Source: Armatimonadota bacterium (lineage in GTDB: Bacteria; Armatimonadota; Armatimonadia; Armatimonadales; Armatimonadaceae). Taken from it: a stretch of DNA of 35,143 nt. The position numbers and the translations under genes are program-made. Location: positions 1 to 35,143 of the forward strand of contig JAYUUO010000169.1 of NCBI GenBank assembly GCA_043754515.1, written 5' to 3'. Every line of letters begins with the position of its first letter. The stretch's first letter is position 1. The notes under the pieces were generated by a model. It saw nothing but the letters and a program-made list of their open reading frames with translations. It made no database searches and was not told the DNA's origin. Below are positions 1 to 8,969 of the stretch, one piece after another.

Positions 1-222
1 GGTCGGCCCGCGTCGCCGTAGTAATGTCCCCAGAACGCGCGTGGTCTCCGCCTCGTCGCGGCAGGCGGCGCAATCGGCGAGATGGACGGCGAGCAGAAAA
101 CGATCCGCCCCCGTCATAGTCCCGCCCGGCTCCTCGCTCCCGGCTAGTAAGGGAGCCACTACCCGACAGGACAGCGGCTTCGGCAGTCGCGCTAGAAGCG
201 CCCGGCTGAACATGTTTTTCAT
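1..222 (-). CDS. Zinc-binding anti-sigma factor (zf-HC2/ZAS), 5' part; runs off window
   Basis: Not in the ORF track. ATG at 222 overlaps the sigma TGA (ATGA). Translation MKNMFSRALLARLPKPLSCRVVAPLLAG...LLAVHLADCAACRDEAE contains the HxxxCxxC ZAS motif. Confidence 0.85.
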   Translation of the reverse strand, partial: MKNMFSRALLARLPKPLSCRVVAPLLAGSEEPGGTMTGADRFLLAVHLADCAACRDEAETTRVLGTLLRRRGPT

Positions 223-962
223 TGTTGTGTCTCCCCGTCAAACAAACCGACCGCGGCCGAGCCGCCGATAAGAACCCCTTTGAGCCGCTTGCACGCGTAA
301 TGCAGTCGTGACCAGACCGTGCCGAGCGAGCAACCGACGATGCCGCTTATCTCTTCGCACGAACGCCCCTCGAAATAATGCAACAGCACGACAGAGCGTT
401 GTTTATCGGGTAGCGCGCGCACCGCCTCGCGGATCACCTGATCTTGCTCCCGCTTGTGCGCGGCCTGGAACGGGTCGCCGCCCCGGAGCGGATCGGAGCT
501 GGGGTCGGCGGGCAGTGCCTCGATGCCGCCCGATCCGCCGTCCTCGCCCGCCGAGAGTGGGATCAGCGGCGCGGTCTCGTTCCTGCGCCGACTCCGGTAC
601 TTAATCGCGGTGTTTACGGCGATGCGGTAGAGCCACGTCGTAAACTGCGCGTCGCCCCGGAAGTTGGGTAGCCCCTTCCAGGCGCGTAAAAACGTTTCTT
701 GCAAAATGTCGTCCACATCATCCGGGGACGATACCATGCGCCCGACTAGCGCGGCGGTAGGCCGCTGGTAGCGGTCGAACAGATCGCGAAATGCCGCGCG
801 GTCACCGGCGGCCGCGCGCCGGACGAGGAGCGCGTCGCCGTCCAGCGCGCCGGGCGAGGCGAACGTCGCCGCGCCGCGCTCGCCACCATCGGCGGGCGTC
901 GACGCGGCGTTATTAGTAGCGAGGGCGGTGTTTGTACCGGGCATGGCTAAGGATAAACTCAT
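219..962 (-). CDS. ECF (RpoE-family) RNA polymerase sigma-70 factor
   Basis: Region 2 DDVDDILQETFLRAWKGLPNFRGDAQFTTWLYRIAVN; region 4 LPDKQRSVVLLHYFEGRSCEEISGIVGCSLGTVWSRLHYA. Confidence 0.95.
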   Translation of the reverse strand: MSLSLAMPGTNTALATNNAASTPADGGERGAATFASPGALDGDALLVRRAAAGDRAAFRDLFDRYQRPTAALVGRMVSSPDDVDDILQETFLRAWKGLPNFRGDAQFTTWLYRIAVNTAIKYRSRRRNETAPLIPLSAGEDGGSGGIEALPADPSSDPLRGGDPFQAAHKREQDQVIREAVRALPDKQRSVVLLHYFEGRSCEEISGIVGCSLGTVWSRLHYACKRLKGVLIGGSAAVGLFDGETQQ

Positions 963-1187
963 GATTTCACTACCACGGGGGATGGGAAGCGGCTACCTTA
1001 TCGTGGTAAAGTCGCCGCTCTCCATCCCATCGCGCGTCGGTGTCGGGATTACCCGTTCGCAATTATTGTACAGCGGAACGGGGTTTCTACGCGTGTGATC
1101 TTTTTCATCTCCCGAACTAATCGCGTTCTATCCCTTCAGACCGCGCCGCCAGCCCTATACTTCAATTCGGCTTTCCGATTAGGCGCG

Positions 1188-2540
1188 TCACCAGAAATAA
1201 AATCCCGCGCACTGCAATATCGCCGATACGCACAGCGTGCCGACGAGCAATAACTTCTCCTGCTCGGGAGGCCACGCGCGGGACCCAATCAGAAGCGTGA
1301 GTAAGGGATACAGGAAAAGGCACGCCCGCGCGGTTTCGCCGGTGCGGTACGCCCCCGCGAGAAACAGCAGAAGAATACTCCCCAGCCCGCCGAGCAAGAT
1401 GAGCCGAGGCAGGGGCGGTTCGCGCGGCGTGCGCAGGGCATCCCACGCCGCGAACAGCGCGAACGGGCCGGTAAAGAACAGGATATCCGCGCAGTCGCCC
1501 AAGCGGGTCGCGACGTACCCGATCGGGTCAACGGCGAGTCGAAAACCGTCGGGATTCTCGCTCGCCGAGGCGAACCGGAACGCCGCCCCGTAGTGGAATC
1601 CCGTCACGAGGTAAACCAATCCGTAAACAAGCCCCCCCGCGACCAGCACCGCGAGTGTGCGCCATGGGAGTCGGCGCCGCGCCGATTCGGCGGCGATCAG
1701 GACCGGCACGACCCAAACTACGCCGAACGTCAGGAACGACGCGGCGAGCAGTGCCATGCCGCCGAGCAACATGCCCCATTTCTCCGCGCGACAGAACGCG
1801 GCGATGCAGACAAATAACAGCCCCGCGATCACGGCGTCCAGCGTCGCGCAAAAATAGACCTGTACCGCGGGCAACACGCAAAACAGGAGCAGCGCGAACG
1901 GCGGGGCATCCGCAAGGCGGAAACCGGTGGCGATCAACGCGACGGAGAACGCGCAGAGGATCACGGCGGCGACACCAGGGCGGTCGCCCGTCATCTGCCG
2001 CAGGAGCGCGAATAGGAGCACCGCGCCGGGCGGGTGCGTCCGCCCGTGTTCGCCGAGACGCGGCTGGATCGCCGCGAAGTCGCGGACGAAGTCCGACACC
2101 ACGCCCGCGCTGACGAGCTGTTCGTTTTGCGCGTCGTGCCAATATTGCGCGGGCCGCGCGTGCGGCTCCCTGCCCGCGACTGGATGGACGAAGCCCCGTT
2201 CGATCCCCTGCGCGGCGGTGGTGCCGAGGATTGCGGCGCATCCGGCGAAAGCGGCGGCGGCGTGACGCCATCGCGGGGCGATTCTGGCGAGTAGCGGTAG
2301 CACGGCCGCGAAGCCAGCCACGGTCAGCGCGGCAACCAACACCTCCCAGAGGGCGGGCACGCGCGGGTGTCCGTACGAGACCGGGAACCACCTGCCGATG
2401 CCGAGGGGGAACGGCGAGAGGGCGCGAGCGGCGCGGGCGAGCAGGTGCGCCAGCACCGCGGCCAGCAGGAAGGACGCGACGAGGAGCGGGGCACGCCGGG
2501 CGGGTAGCGGGGGCGGCTCGGGGACGGGGGATAGGGACAC
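1188..2540 (-). CDS. Polytopic membrane protein, probable GT-C-fold glycosyltransferase
   Basis: Many hydrophobic segments and a loop motif HGRTHPPG. Start placed at GTG 2540, 7 nt after an extended -10 TGaTACAAT. ATG 2549 is an alternative. Confidence 0.6.
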   Translation of the reverse strand: MSLSPVPEPPPLPARRAPLLVASFLLAAVLAHLLARAARALSPFPLGIGRWFPVSYGHPRVPALWEVLVAALTVAGFAAVLPLLARIAPRWRHAAAAFAGCAAILGTTAAQGIERGFVHPVAGREPHARPAQYWHDAQNEQLVSAGVVSDFVRDFAAIQPRLGEHGRTHPPGAVLLFALLRQMTGDRPGVAAVILCAFSVALIATGFRLADAPPFALLLFCVLPAVQVYFCATLDAVIAGLLFVCIAAFCRAEKWGMLLGGMALLAASFLTFGVVWVVPVLIAAESARRRLPWRTLAVLVAGGLVYGLVYLVTGFHYGAAFRFASASENPDGFRLAVDPIGYVATRLGDCADILFFTGPFALFAAWDALRTPREPPLPRLILLGGLGSILLLFLAGAYRTGETARACLFLYPLLTLLIGSRAWPPEQEKLLLVGTLCVSAILQCAGFYFW

Positions 2541-2693
2541 GTGCGGCATTGTATCAAAAAGCCGGGCGTGATAAACTGCAACGTTCGGTGCGGGAGTGCC
2601 GTACAGGGAAACAGGAATACGTTCCTCCCCCTCGCGCAAAACACGAAAGCGGCGCGAAGAACAGGTGGCTGGGGAACGTTAGGGCAAGTGATT

Positions 2694-2951
2694 ATGCGGT
2701 TTCGCTGGCTAAACTCTTTCAACGTGCTGGCAGCAATCCTTCTACTGATCGGGATCGCGGGCGTGCTCTCCGGCGGCAAGATGGTTTTTGATCCGGGGCG
2801 TGCGTCGAACGGGCACGAGTGGATCATTTATGTCGTCGCGGGCGGCTTGATGCTGTTTAACGGCATCTTACCCCCGAGCAATCCGCAAGAAGAGGACGAA
2901 GAGGGGGCGGACGCGAAACCGGCTCGTAATCCGGCGACGCGCTCTCGCTAA
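2694..2951 (+). CDS. Small two-TM membrane protein
   Basis: MRFRWLNSFNVLAAILLLIGIAGVLSGG...WIIYVVAGGLMLFNGIL followed by a charged tail. Lies 12 nt upstream of the next gene. Confidence 0.75.
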   Translation: MRFRWLNSFNVLAAILLLIGIAGVLSGGKMVFDPGRASNGHEWIIYVVAGGLMLFNGILPPSNPQEEDEEGADAKPARNPATRSR

Positions 2952-2963
2952 ACAGAATAAATT

Positions 2964-3281
2964 ATGGCAGAAACAACAAACCCTTCCGTGGAGGAAGACG
3001 AGCGACCCGTCGAAGAGGTACGCTGTACGTATACGGGCGTACCTATCGTGACTATCCCGGCGTGGTACGCCGACGTCAAAGTGAAGTTTTTCTCCGAGGC
3101 GTCGCGCAAATCGTCCGCCGCCGCTATCTCGCTCGCCGAACTCGAAGCGGGCCGCTTGCGTGGCGAGGGCGAGGCGGAAGAGGATGAGGGGGCGGATCTT
3201 GACGCCGATCTCGAACTCGACGACGTGGAAATCGAGATAGAGGACGAACCGGAAGAAGCCGAACCCGAACCGGTTGCCTGA
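2964..3281 (+). CDS. Hypothetical protein with highly acidic C-terminal tail
   Basis: 105 aa, host-like codon usage, D/E-rich tail, followed by a terminator. Confidence 0.8.
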   Translation: MAETTNPSVEEDERPVEEVRCTYTGVPIVTIPAWYADVKVKFFSEASRKSSAAAISLAELEAGRLRGEGEAEEDEGADLDADLELDDVEIEIEDEPEEAEPEPVA

Positions 3282-3318
3282 CGCGCGGTCTGACCACGCT
3301 ACTTGAATGCTGAATTGA

Positions 3319-3351
3319 GACGCCCCCGCACATCCGTGCCGGGGGCGTTTT
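3319..3351. terminator. Intrinsic terminator between convergent genes
   Basis: Hairpin ACGCCCCC-GCAC-atcc-GTGC-c-GGGGGCGT followed by TTT. Confidence 0.75.
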
Positions 3352-3364
3352 CGCCGTTTCTGTG

Positions 3365-4441
3365 CTAGGGCGACGCCGCTACGGACGGCGTCGCCCTAGC
3401 ACCCGGCGTCGGGGACGCCGAGGGAGAGGGCGAAGGCAACGCGGCGACGAGGGGGCGAAGACGGTCCGCGAGCACCCTCGCCTCGGCGTAGTCGGGGTTC
3501 AGAATCGCCGCCCGCTCCGCTTCGCCGAGCGCGTCGCGCAACGCCCCCATCTTCTCATAAACAACGGCGAGGTGGTAGCGGCACTCCGGCAAATCCGGCG
3601 CGAGACCCAACGCCTCGCGCAGTAGGCGCCGCGCCCCGTCGTAGTCGAGTTGGCTCTTATCTCCGCGCTTGAACAGAGCCCAGCCGAAGGAATCCAGGAA
3701 ACTCGCTTCGCCCGGCACCTTCGCTACCACCGCGCGGGTGAGCTGGACCGCCTCGGTGAAGTCGGCTAATGTGGTGCCTTCCTCGGCGAGCGCGTACCCC
3801 AGCGCGTTCGAGACTGTCGGTTCCTGGGGCAAAAGGCGATGCGCCTCGCGGAAGGCGAGCAACGCCCGCTGTGGCTCCTTCGCGTCATCCTTGAAGTATT
3901 GCCCCGCTTGCAGGGCGGCTTCCGCGCCCTTGATAGCCGCCGCCGAACCGGGTGCCGCGCTACCGAACCCGGCCACTATCACTCCCGCTTCCCGCTTCGC
4001 CCGCGCGTCGTTTTCGTCGGCGGCGCGCGCGTTGCCCGACTTGCGCGCCGCCCGCGCCAGCGTGGCCCACAGACGCGGATCGCCGGAGACGCGCTGGTCG
4101 CTGGTCAACGGCTCCAGGAGGCGCACCGCGTCAGCGGGGCGGCCTTTCGCCGAAATCCGCCGGGCGACCTCGAGAAAACCCTCGTCGCGAAAATCGCCGC
4201 CCAGCGTCCCGCTGAGGAGGACCACGGCCCGACCGAGCGCGGCGTCCCCCGCCCCCTGGTTGCCTTTGTTGAACGCGGCGACGGCGTCAGTTATCAGATT
4301 ATCGGCGAGTCGCGTCCGCGCATGGGGGGAGAGCGAGGCGGACAACGTGGCGTCCGCGCTACAGCCCGCGAGCAACGGCAGGGAGAAGGCGATGGCTCCG
4401 AGGCGGGCGATGCCACGAAATCCGAACGAGAAGAAGCGCAT
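3365..4441 (-). CDS. TPR-repeat lipoprotein
   Basis: Lipobox LLAGC; TPR motifs (NALGYALAE, FLDSFGWALFKRG, YHLAVVYEKMG); Pro/Ser tail. Confidence 0.88.
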   Translation of the reverse strand: MRFFSFGFRGIARLGAIAFSLPLLAGCSADATLSASLSPHARTRLADNLITDAVAAFNKGNQGAGDAALGRAVVLLSGTLGGDFRDEGFLEVARRISAKGRPADAVRLLEPLTSDQRVSGDPRLWATLARAARKSGNARAADENDARAKREAGVIVAGFGSAAPGSAAAIKGAEAALQAGQYFKDDAKEPQRALLAFREAHRLLPQEPTVSNALGYALAEEGTTLADFTEAVQLTRAVVAKVPGEASFLDSFGWALFKRGDKSQLDYDGARRLLREALGLAPDLPECRYHLAVVYEKMGALRDALGEAERAAILNPDYAEARVLADRLRPLVAALPSPSPSASPTPGARATPSVAASP

Positions 4442-4592
4442 GCTGACAGAATATCATAAACCCCAACCTCCTACTAAAGGTGGATTTCTGATATGATTGC
4501 AACATGCGGCAGACCCCTTCGCCGTCGCGGTCGGAATCCCGAAATTCCCCGCGACCCCGAAAGATGTGACCGCGACAAAGGCGGGAGTGCGA

Positions 4593-7500
4593 ATGCAACA
4601 TGCGGTGACCATCGAGTTGTTCGGCGGCTTGCGAGTGCGTTACGGGACGCAAGTGATCGAACGGTTTCGTTCCCAGAAGACGGCGGCTTTGCTCGCCTAT
4701 CTCGCCTGCCACGGCCGGATGCACACCCGCGAGAAACTCGCGGACATCCTCTGGCCCGACTCCCCGCCCCAGGCGGCGCGCGCCAGCCTCTGTGTCGCGC
4801 TCTCGTCCCTGCGCTCGCAACTCGAACCGCCCGGCGTCAGCGCGGGAAGCGTTCTGCTTGCCGACCGCAACAGCATCGGCTTACCCGCCGGGGTCGAGAT
4901 TGATCTGCGGTCCGTGACGGATCTGCTAGACCGCGCCGACCGCCTTGCCCTCGACCCGACCCAGACGGAGAGAACGTCCTCCCTGCGCCGACAGGCCGTC
5001 ACGCTTTTCCGGGACGATCTGCTCTCCAGCATGTATGAGCAGTGGGTGACGCAGGTGCAACTGGTACTCAACGCGCGGGTCGCCGACGCGCTGGTCTACC
5101 TCGCCGGACAGGCCAATATCCAGGGCGATGACCGCGCGGCGGAGGGCTACGTCCAACAGGCATTGAGCCTCCACCCCTGCTGTCAGGTGCCCGCGTCCCT
5201 GATGCCGACCGATGCCCCAGATGATACCGCTGGCGCGGGGCCTGGCGGCGCGCCCAGGGAGCAAGCAATGGCGGGCACGCCCCCCCCGCGCGAAAAATCG
5301 GGATCAGGGCGCAAAAGCCGCGCCCAATCCGCGCTACCACTCTGGGCCCCGGAAGACGCCACGCCCGCGCCGCCCGCGAGTGTCCTATCCACGCTCCCCC
5401 GCTTCTTCGGTCGCCGCGCCGAATACACGGGCCTTTGCGAGCTACTGGCCGACGAGAGCGTGCGCCTGGTGACGCTGACCGGGATGGGCGGCATCGGGAA
5501 GACGCGGCTCGCCTGGAACGTTCTGAAAAGTGCCGGCTCCATCCGCCCAGGTTGCCGGACCGTGTTCGTGTCGGCGGCGGGCTTGCGAGACGTCTCGCAT
5601 CTACCGGCGTGCGTCGCGGACGCCTGGGGGCTACCGGAAACGGCGGACGGCGACGCGGGGGCACCGGGCGGCGGAGGCTCCCCCGCCCGTATCTTCGGGC
5701 GGATTGTCTCTCACATTAAAGACGGGAGAAGCCCCGTGCTCCTGATCATGGACAACTTCGAAACCGTGGCGGCGGGCGGGGACACCTTCGTGACGTCGTT
5801 ACTCGCTGCCACCCCGCTGGTGACCTGCCTGATCACCTCGCGCGTTCCCCTGCAATGCGACGGCGAGCGCGAAGTGCGTCTCGGACCGCTCCCCGTCCCG
5901 CCCCCCGATGAGATCGAGCGGATAACGGCTGCCGGTGCCGACACGCCCGAGCGGCTCGCCGTGCTGCTCGACAACTGGCCTGCCCTGGCGTTCTTCGTGG
6001 ACCGCGCCACGCTCGCCCATCCCGCCTTCCGCTTCTCGGCGCACAATGCGCACAGCGTCCAGGAACTCGTCGCGCGGCTCGAAGGCATTCCGCTCGCGAT
6101 TGAGCTGGCGGCGGCGCGTTCCCAAACGCACACACCCCGGCAGATGGTGGAACAGCTCGATCAGCGGTTCGCGTTCCTAGTCAACCGACAACGGATGTTG
6201 CGCCCGTCCGACCGGCATTCGTCGCTCGGGACGACCATCGCGTGGAGCTACGAGGAGTTGCCGGAAGCCTCCCGCGCTCTGCTCCGCGCCCTGTCGGTGT
6301 TTCGCGGCGGTTGCCGCGCCGATGTGATCGCCGGGATCGTCGAGGGCGACGAACTCGCGGATCTTCCGGCCTGCCTGGACACTCTGTGCCGCTCGTCGCT
6401 TCTGACCCGAGAGGCCGACCCAGACAACCCCGATAACCCGCGCTTCATACTGCTCGACACAATCCGCGAGTACGCCGAGGCGGAGGTGTCCGCCGAAGAC
6501 AGCGAGTGTCTGCGAATGCGGCACGCCCGCGCCCTCGCGCGGCTGGCGGAGAAGGCGGAGCCGCAACTGCAGACGCCCGACTCCGCGCGGTGGCTACGGC
6601 TTCTGGACACCGAGCAGAGCAATCTGCAAGCGGCGTTCCATTGGGCAAGCGCGGCGCAAACGCGGGCGGGCGCGGAAACCGCGCTGTCTCTCGCCACGTC
6701 GCTCCACCGGTACTGGCTATGTCGCGGTCGCATCCAGGAGGGGCGTGAGTGGCTACGCGCCGCGCTCGGGCATCCGTGCGGTGGCAAGTGGGACCCGGCC
6801 CGCGAGGCGGTGGCGCGGAACCGCGCCGGGATCCTCGCCTCGAACGCGGGCGACGTGGCGGAAGCCGAAGAGCACTACGAGGCGACCCTGGCCATGCGCC
6901 GCGCGGCGGGGAACCGACGCGGTATCGCGGCGACGCTGAACAATTTGGCAATACTTGCTAGTAAAGAAGGTCGGCTCGAAGAGGCATACAAGTATTACGA
7001 GGAAAGTCTCGCCATATGGCGTGGGTTGGATGAGGCGCGTAACGTCAGTGTCGTTCTCGCCAACCTCGGTGTAGTGGCTGGAGAACTAGGGTTACTTGAC
7101 GACGCGATGGCGCGTTTCGCAGAGAGTATACCGCTCGCTCGCCTATCACAGAATCCACGTAGCGTGTCTGTGAGCCTACGGAACTGGGGGGAGGTTGCGT
7201 ACCGGCACGGTGACATGTCAACCTCCGAATCTCTGTTCTTAGAGAGTTTAGAGACATTCGACGCCATGGGGGATGTGCAAAGTGCCGCCTATTCCCTGCT
7301 CGGGATTGGTGCGATTGCGTGGCATCGGCGGCACGAACGCCGCGCCACTCGCCTTCTCTCGGCATCGATCGCCGCGTTCGAAGCGTTTGGTTTGCCTCTT
7401 CCCTCCTTCTGCGCGGATCAGGTAGCACGCGCACGTGAAGAAGGATTGAATTTGCCGAGTTCGGACGTAGGCGGAACCATTCAAGGGCGTTCCACCGCTT

Positions 7501-7652
7501 CAGGCACAAGCGAAGCTTTACAGACCATCAAGGTATTGACGCAGGTTATACTGGACTCGTGGGAAGAGTCCGGCAGTGTCACCCAACGAAGTTCGTCGAA
7601 CGATACCGCAAGTGGTACGTTCTTGCCAACATACTCCGTTATCAAAGGGTAG
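4593..7652 (+). CDS. AfsR/SARP-like STAND regulator (wHTH-BTAD, NB-ARC-type ATPase, TPR)
   Basis: N-terminal IELFGGLRV...KTAALLAYLA...REKLADILWP; Walker A GMGGIGKT; Walker B LLIMDNFE; LEGIPLAIELAAAR; C-terminal TPRs. Start could be 4497. Confidence 0.93.
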   Translation: MQHAVTIELFGGLRVRYGTQVIERFRSQKTAALLAYLACHGRMHTREKLADILWPDSPPQAARASLCVALSSLRSQLEPPGVSAGSVLLADRNSIGLPAGVEIDLRSVTDLLDRADRLALDPTQTERTSSLRRQAVTLFRDDLLSSMYEQWVTQVQLVLNARVADALVYLAGQANIQGDDRAAEGYVQQALSLHPCCQVPASLMPTDAPDDTAGAGPGGAPREQAMAGTPPPREKSGSGRKSRAQSALPLWAPEDATPAPPASVLSTLPRFFGRRAEYTGLCELLADESVRLVTLTGMGGIGKTRLAWNVLKSAGSIRPGCRTVFVSAAGLRDVSHLPACVADAWGLPETADGDAGAPGGGGSPARIFGRIVSHIKDGRSPVLLIMDNFETVAAGGDTFVTSLLAATPLVTCLITSRVPLQCDGEREVRLGPLPVPPPDEIERITAAGADTPERLAVLLDNWPALAFFVDRATLAHPAFRFSAHNAHSVQELVARLEGIPLAIELAAARSQTHTPRQMVEQLDQRFAFLVNRQRMLRPSDRHSSLGTTIAWSYEELPEASRALLRALSVFRGGCRADVIAGIVEGDELADLPACLDTLCRSSLLTREADPDNPDNPRFILLDTIREYAEAEVSAEDSECLRMRHARALARLAEKAEPQLQTPDSARWLRLLDTEQSNLQAAFHWASAAQTRAGAETALSLATSLHRYWLCRGRIQEGREWLRAALGHPCGGKWDPAREAVARNRAGILASNAGDVAEAEEHYEATLAMRRAAGNRRGIAATLNNLAILASKEGRLEEAYKYYEESLAIWRGLDEARNVSVVLANLGVVAGELGLLDDAMARFAESIPLARLSQNPRSVSVSLRNWGEVAYRHGDMSTSESLFLESLETFDAMGDVQSAAYSLLGIGAIAWHRRHERRATRLLSASIAAFEAFGLPLPSFCADQVARAREEGLNLPSSDVGGTIQGRSTASGTSEALQTIKVLTQVILDSWEESGSVTQRSSSNDTASGTFLPTYSVIKG

Positions 7653-7738
7653 ATGAAAGACCTTTGAGGTACTTCGGGCGTGGGAAAGATTTTTTCCCGC
7701 GCCCAATTTTTTTTGAATCTCTTCTTTGCGGCAGTTTT

Positions 7739-7771
7739 CGTTAGGTTTCCGTTAGGATAGGGGCTTATGCT
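7739..7771 (+). promoter_or_regulatory. Putative SARP-type box plus -10 element
   Basis: CGTTAGG at 7739 and 7750 (11-nt period), then TATGCT at 7766-7771. No canonical -35. Confidence 0.6.
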
Positions 7772-7825
7772 GGTAACCAAGACGTCATCGTGGCAAGAGC
7801 CACGGGGTGACGAAGGAAACCATCT

Positions 7826-8065
7826 ATGTCCAACAAATCTTCCTCGAATGCTTTCGCGGCGTCCGCCGTGATGTTTCTCGCACTGGCGACCCTGATCGCG
7901 TCGCCGACCACCGGCAACTGCCGGATGCAGTACCAGCATATTGACGAGATCGTCGCGCCGCCGGTGGTCCCTACCACCCCGCTGGTCGCGGCGGGCGCGA
8001 CGCTATCCGCCGCTCTGCTCGCCGTCGGCCTGGGCAAGCATCTCGCCGCGAAAAAGGGACTTTAG
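7826..8065 (+). CDS. Small exported peptide with C-terminal TM/sorting-like segment
   Basis: GAAGGA RBS; N-terminal hydrophobic signal; short polar core; VPTTP + hydrophobic helix + KHLAAKK. Confidence 0.75.
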   Translation: MSNKSSSNAFAASAVMFLALATLIASPTTGNCRMQYQHIDEIVAPPVVPTTPLVAAGATLSAALLAVGLGKHLAAKKGL

Positions 8066-8072
8066 GTCCCCG

Positions 8073-8762
8073 ATGTATCCGACCGAAACGACGGCGATGG
8101 CGTTCATGCCACGGGACCGGCCCGACATACTCGTAGATGTCGTCGGTCCCCGCCTGATCTGTGCCTGTTTGCGCGACGCGCTACGCCCCCTGCCGGGTAT
8201 CGGTTGCGTCACGGTCGCCCCGGAACCGTTCGGGGTGCCGGTTGCCGGGAGCGGCGGGCAATCCGTCCTGCTACTCGTTGACGCTTGGCACGATACCTGC
8301 AAGTGGTTGCAGGGAGCCATCGGGTTACCCGCGCCGGGGCTGGGCACGCGGTTCCCGTACGCACTACCTCCCGTCGTACTCCTGTCCGGTAAAGACGGGG
8401 TGACGCCGACATATCGGAACTTCCTGCGTAGCCACACCGAGCGACTTGTTATGCTCGACTTGGACTGCGACACGTCGTTCCTGCATCAGGCGGTGCTTGA
8501 GGCTAGCGGAAATAGCACGGGCCGCGCGTCGGCACCGGAGGTCGCGTGGAGCGGGCCATATCTGCTCTCGGAGCGGCAACGGGAAGTGGCGGCACTCGCC
8601 GCCGCGGGTCTGTCGAACGCGCAGATCGGCCAGCGTCTTAGTATAGATGTCACCACGGTGAAAACACACCTGAGTGATACGTATCGCAAAATGGGGGTTC
8701 AGCGGCGCAGTCAGATCGCGCTACGACTACCCGTATCGGAATATAGCCATGCCATTGTGTAA
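8073..8762 (+). CDS. LuxR/NarL-type HTH regulator with degenerate receiver-like N-terminus
   Basis: C-terminal LSERQREVAALAAAGLSNAQIGQRLSIDVTTVKTHLSDTYRKMGVQRR. ATG lies 7 nt after the peptide stop. Confidence 0.88.
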   Translation: MYPTETTAMAFMPRDRPDILVDVVGPRLICACLRDALRPLPGIGCVTVAPEPFGVPVAGSGGQSVLLLVDAWHDTCKWLQGAIGLPAPGLGTRFPYALPPVVLLSGKDGVTPTYRNFLRSHTERLVMLDLDCDTSFLHQAVLEASGNSTGRASAPEVAWSGPYLLSERQREVAALAAAGLSNAQIGQRLSIDVTTVKTHLSDTYRKMGVQRRSQIALRLPVSEYSHAIV

Positions 8763-8969
8763 TTCTCGTGCGATCAAGTATGGGGGCGTCGCGCACGCTC
8801 CCGATAAAAGGGATTGCACCGAATGGAAACCGAATGTCCGAACACAAACGCGCGGGGGAATCACGGGGCGTGTCCCCGCTCGATACCGAAATATAGTCAC
8901 CCCGACTCGATCCTGGCGATGGGACGCCGTCTGCGCGCCGACGAGAATCGTCCCGCCTACCTATCCCCG

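Noticed and set aside
1528..2391. Long Arg/Pro/Ala-rich shadow ORFs (e.g. 1528-2391, 3669-4496, 24513-25151, 25273-26292)
   Set aside because: They overlap well-supported genes in other frames, have no recognisable motifs, and are typical of high-GC DNA.
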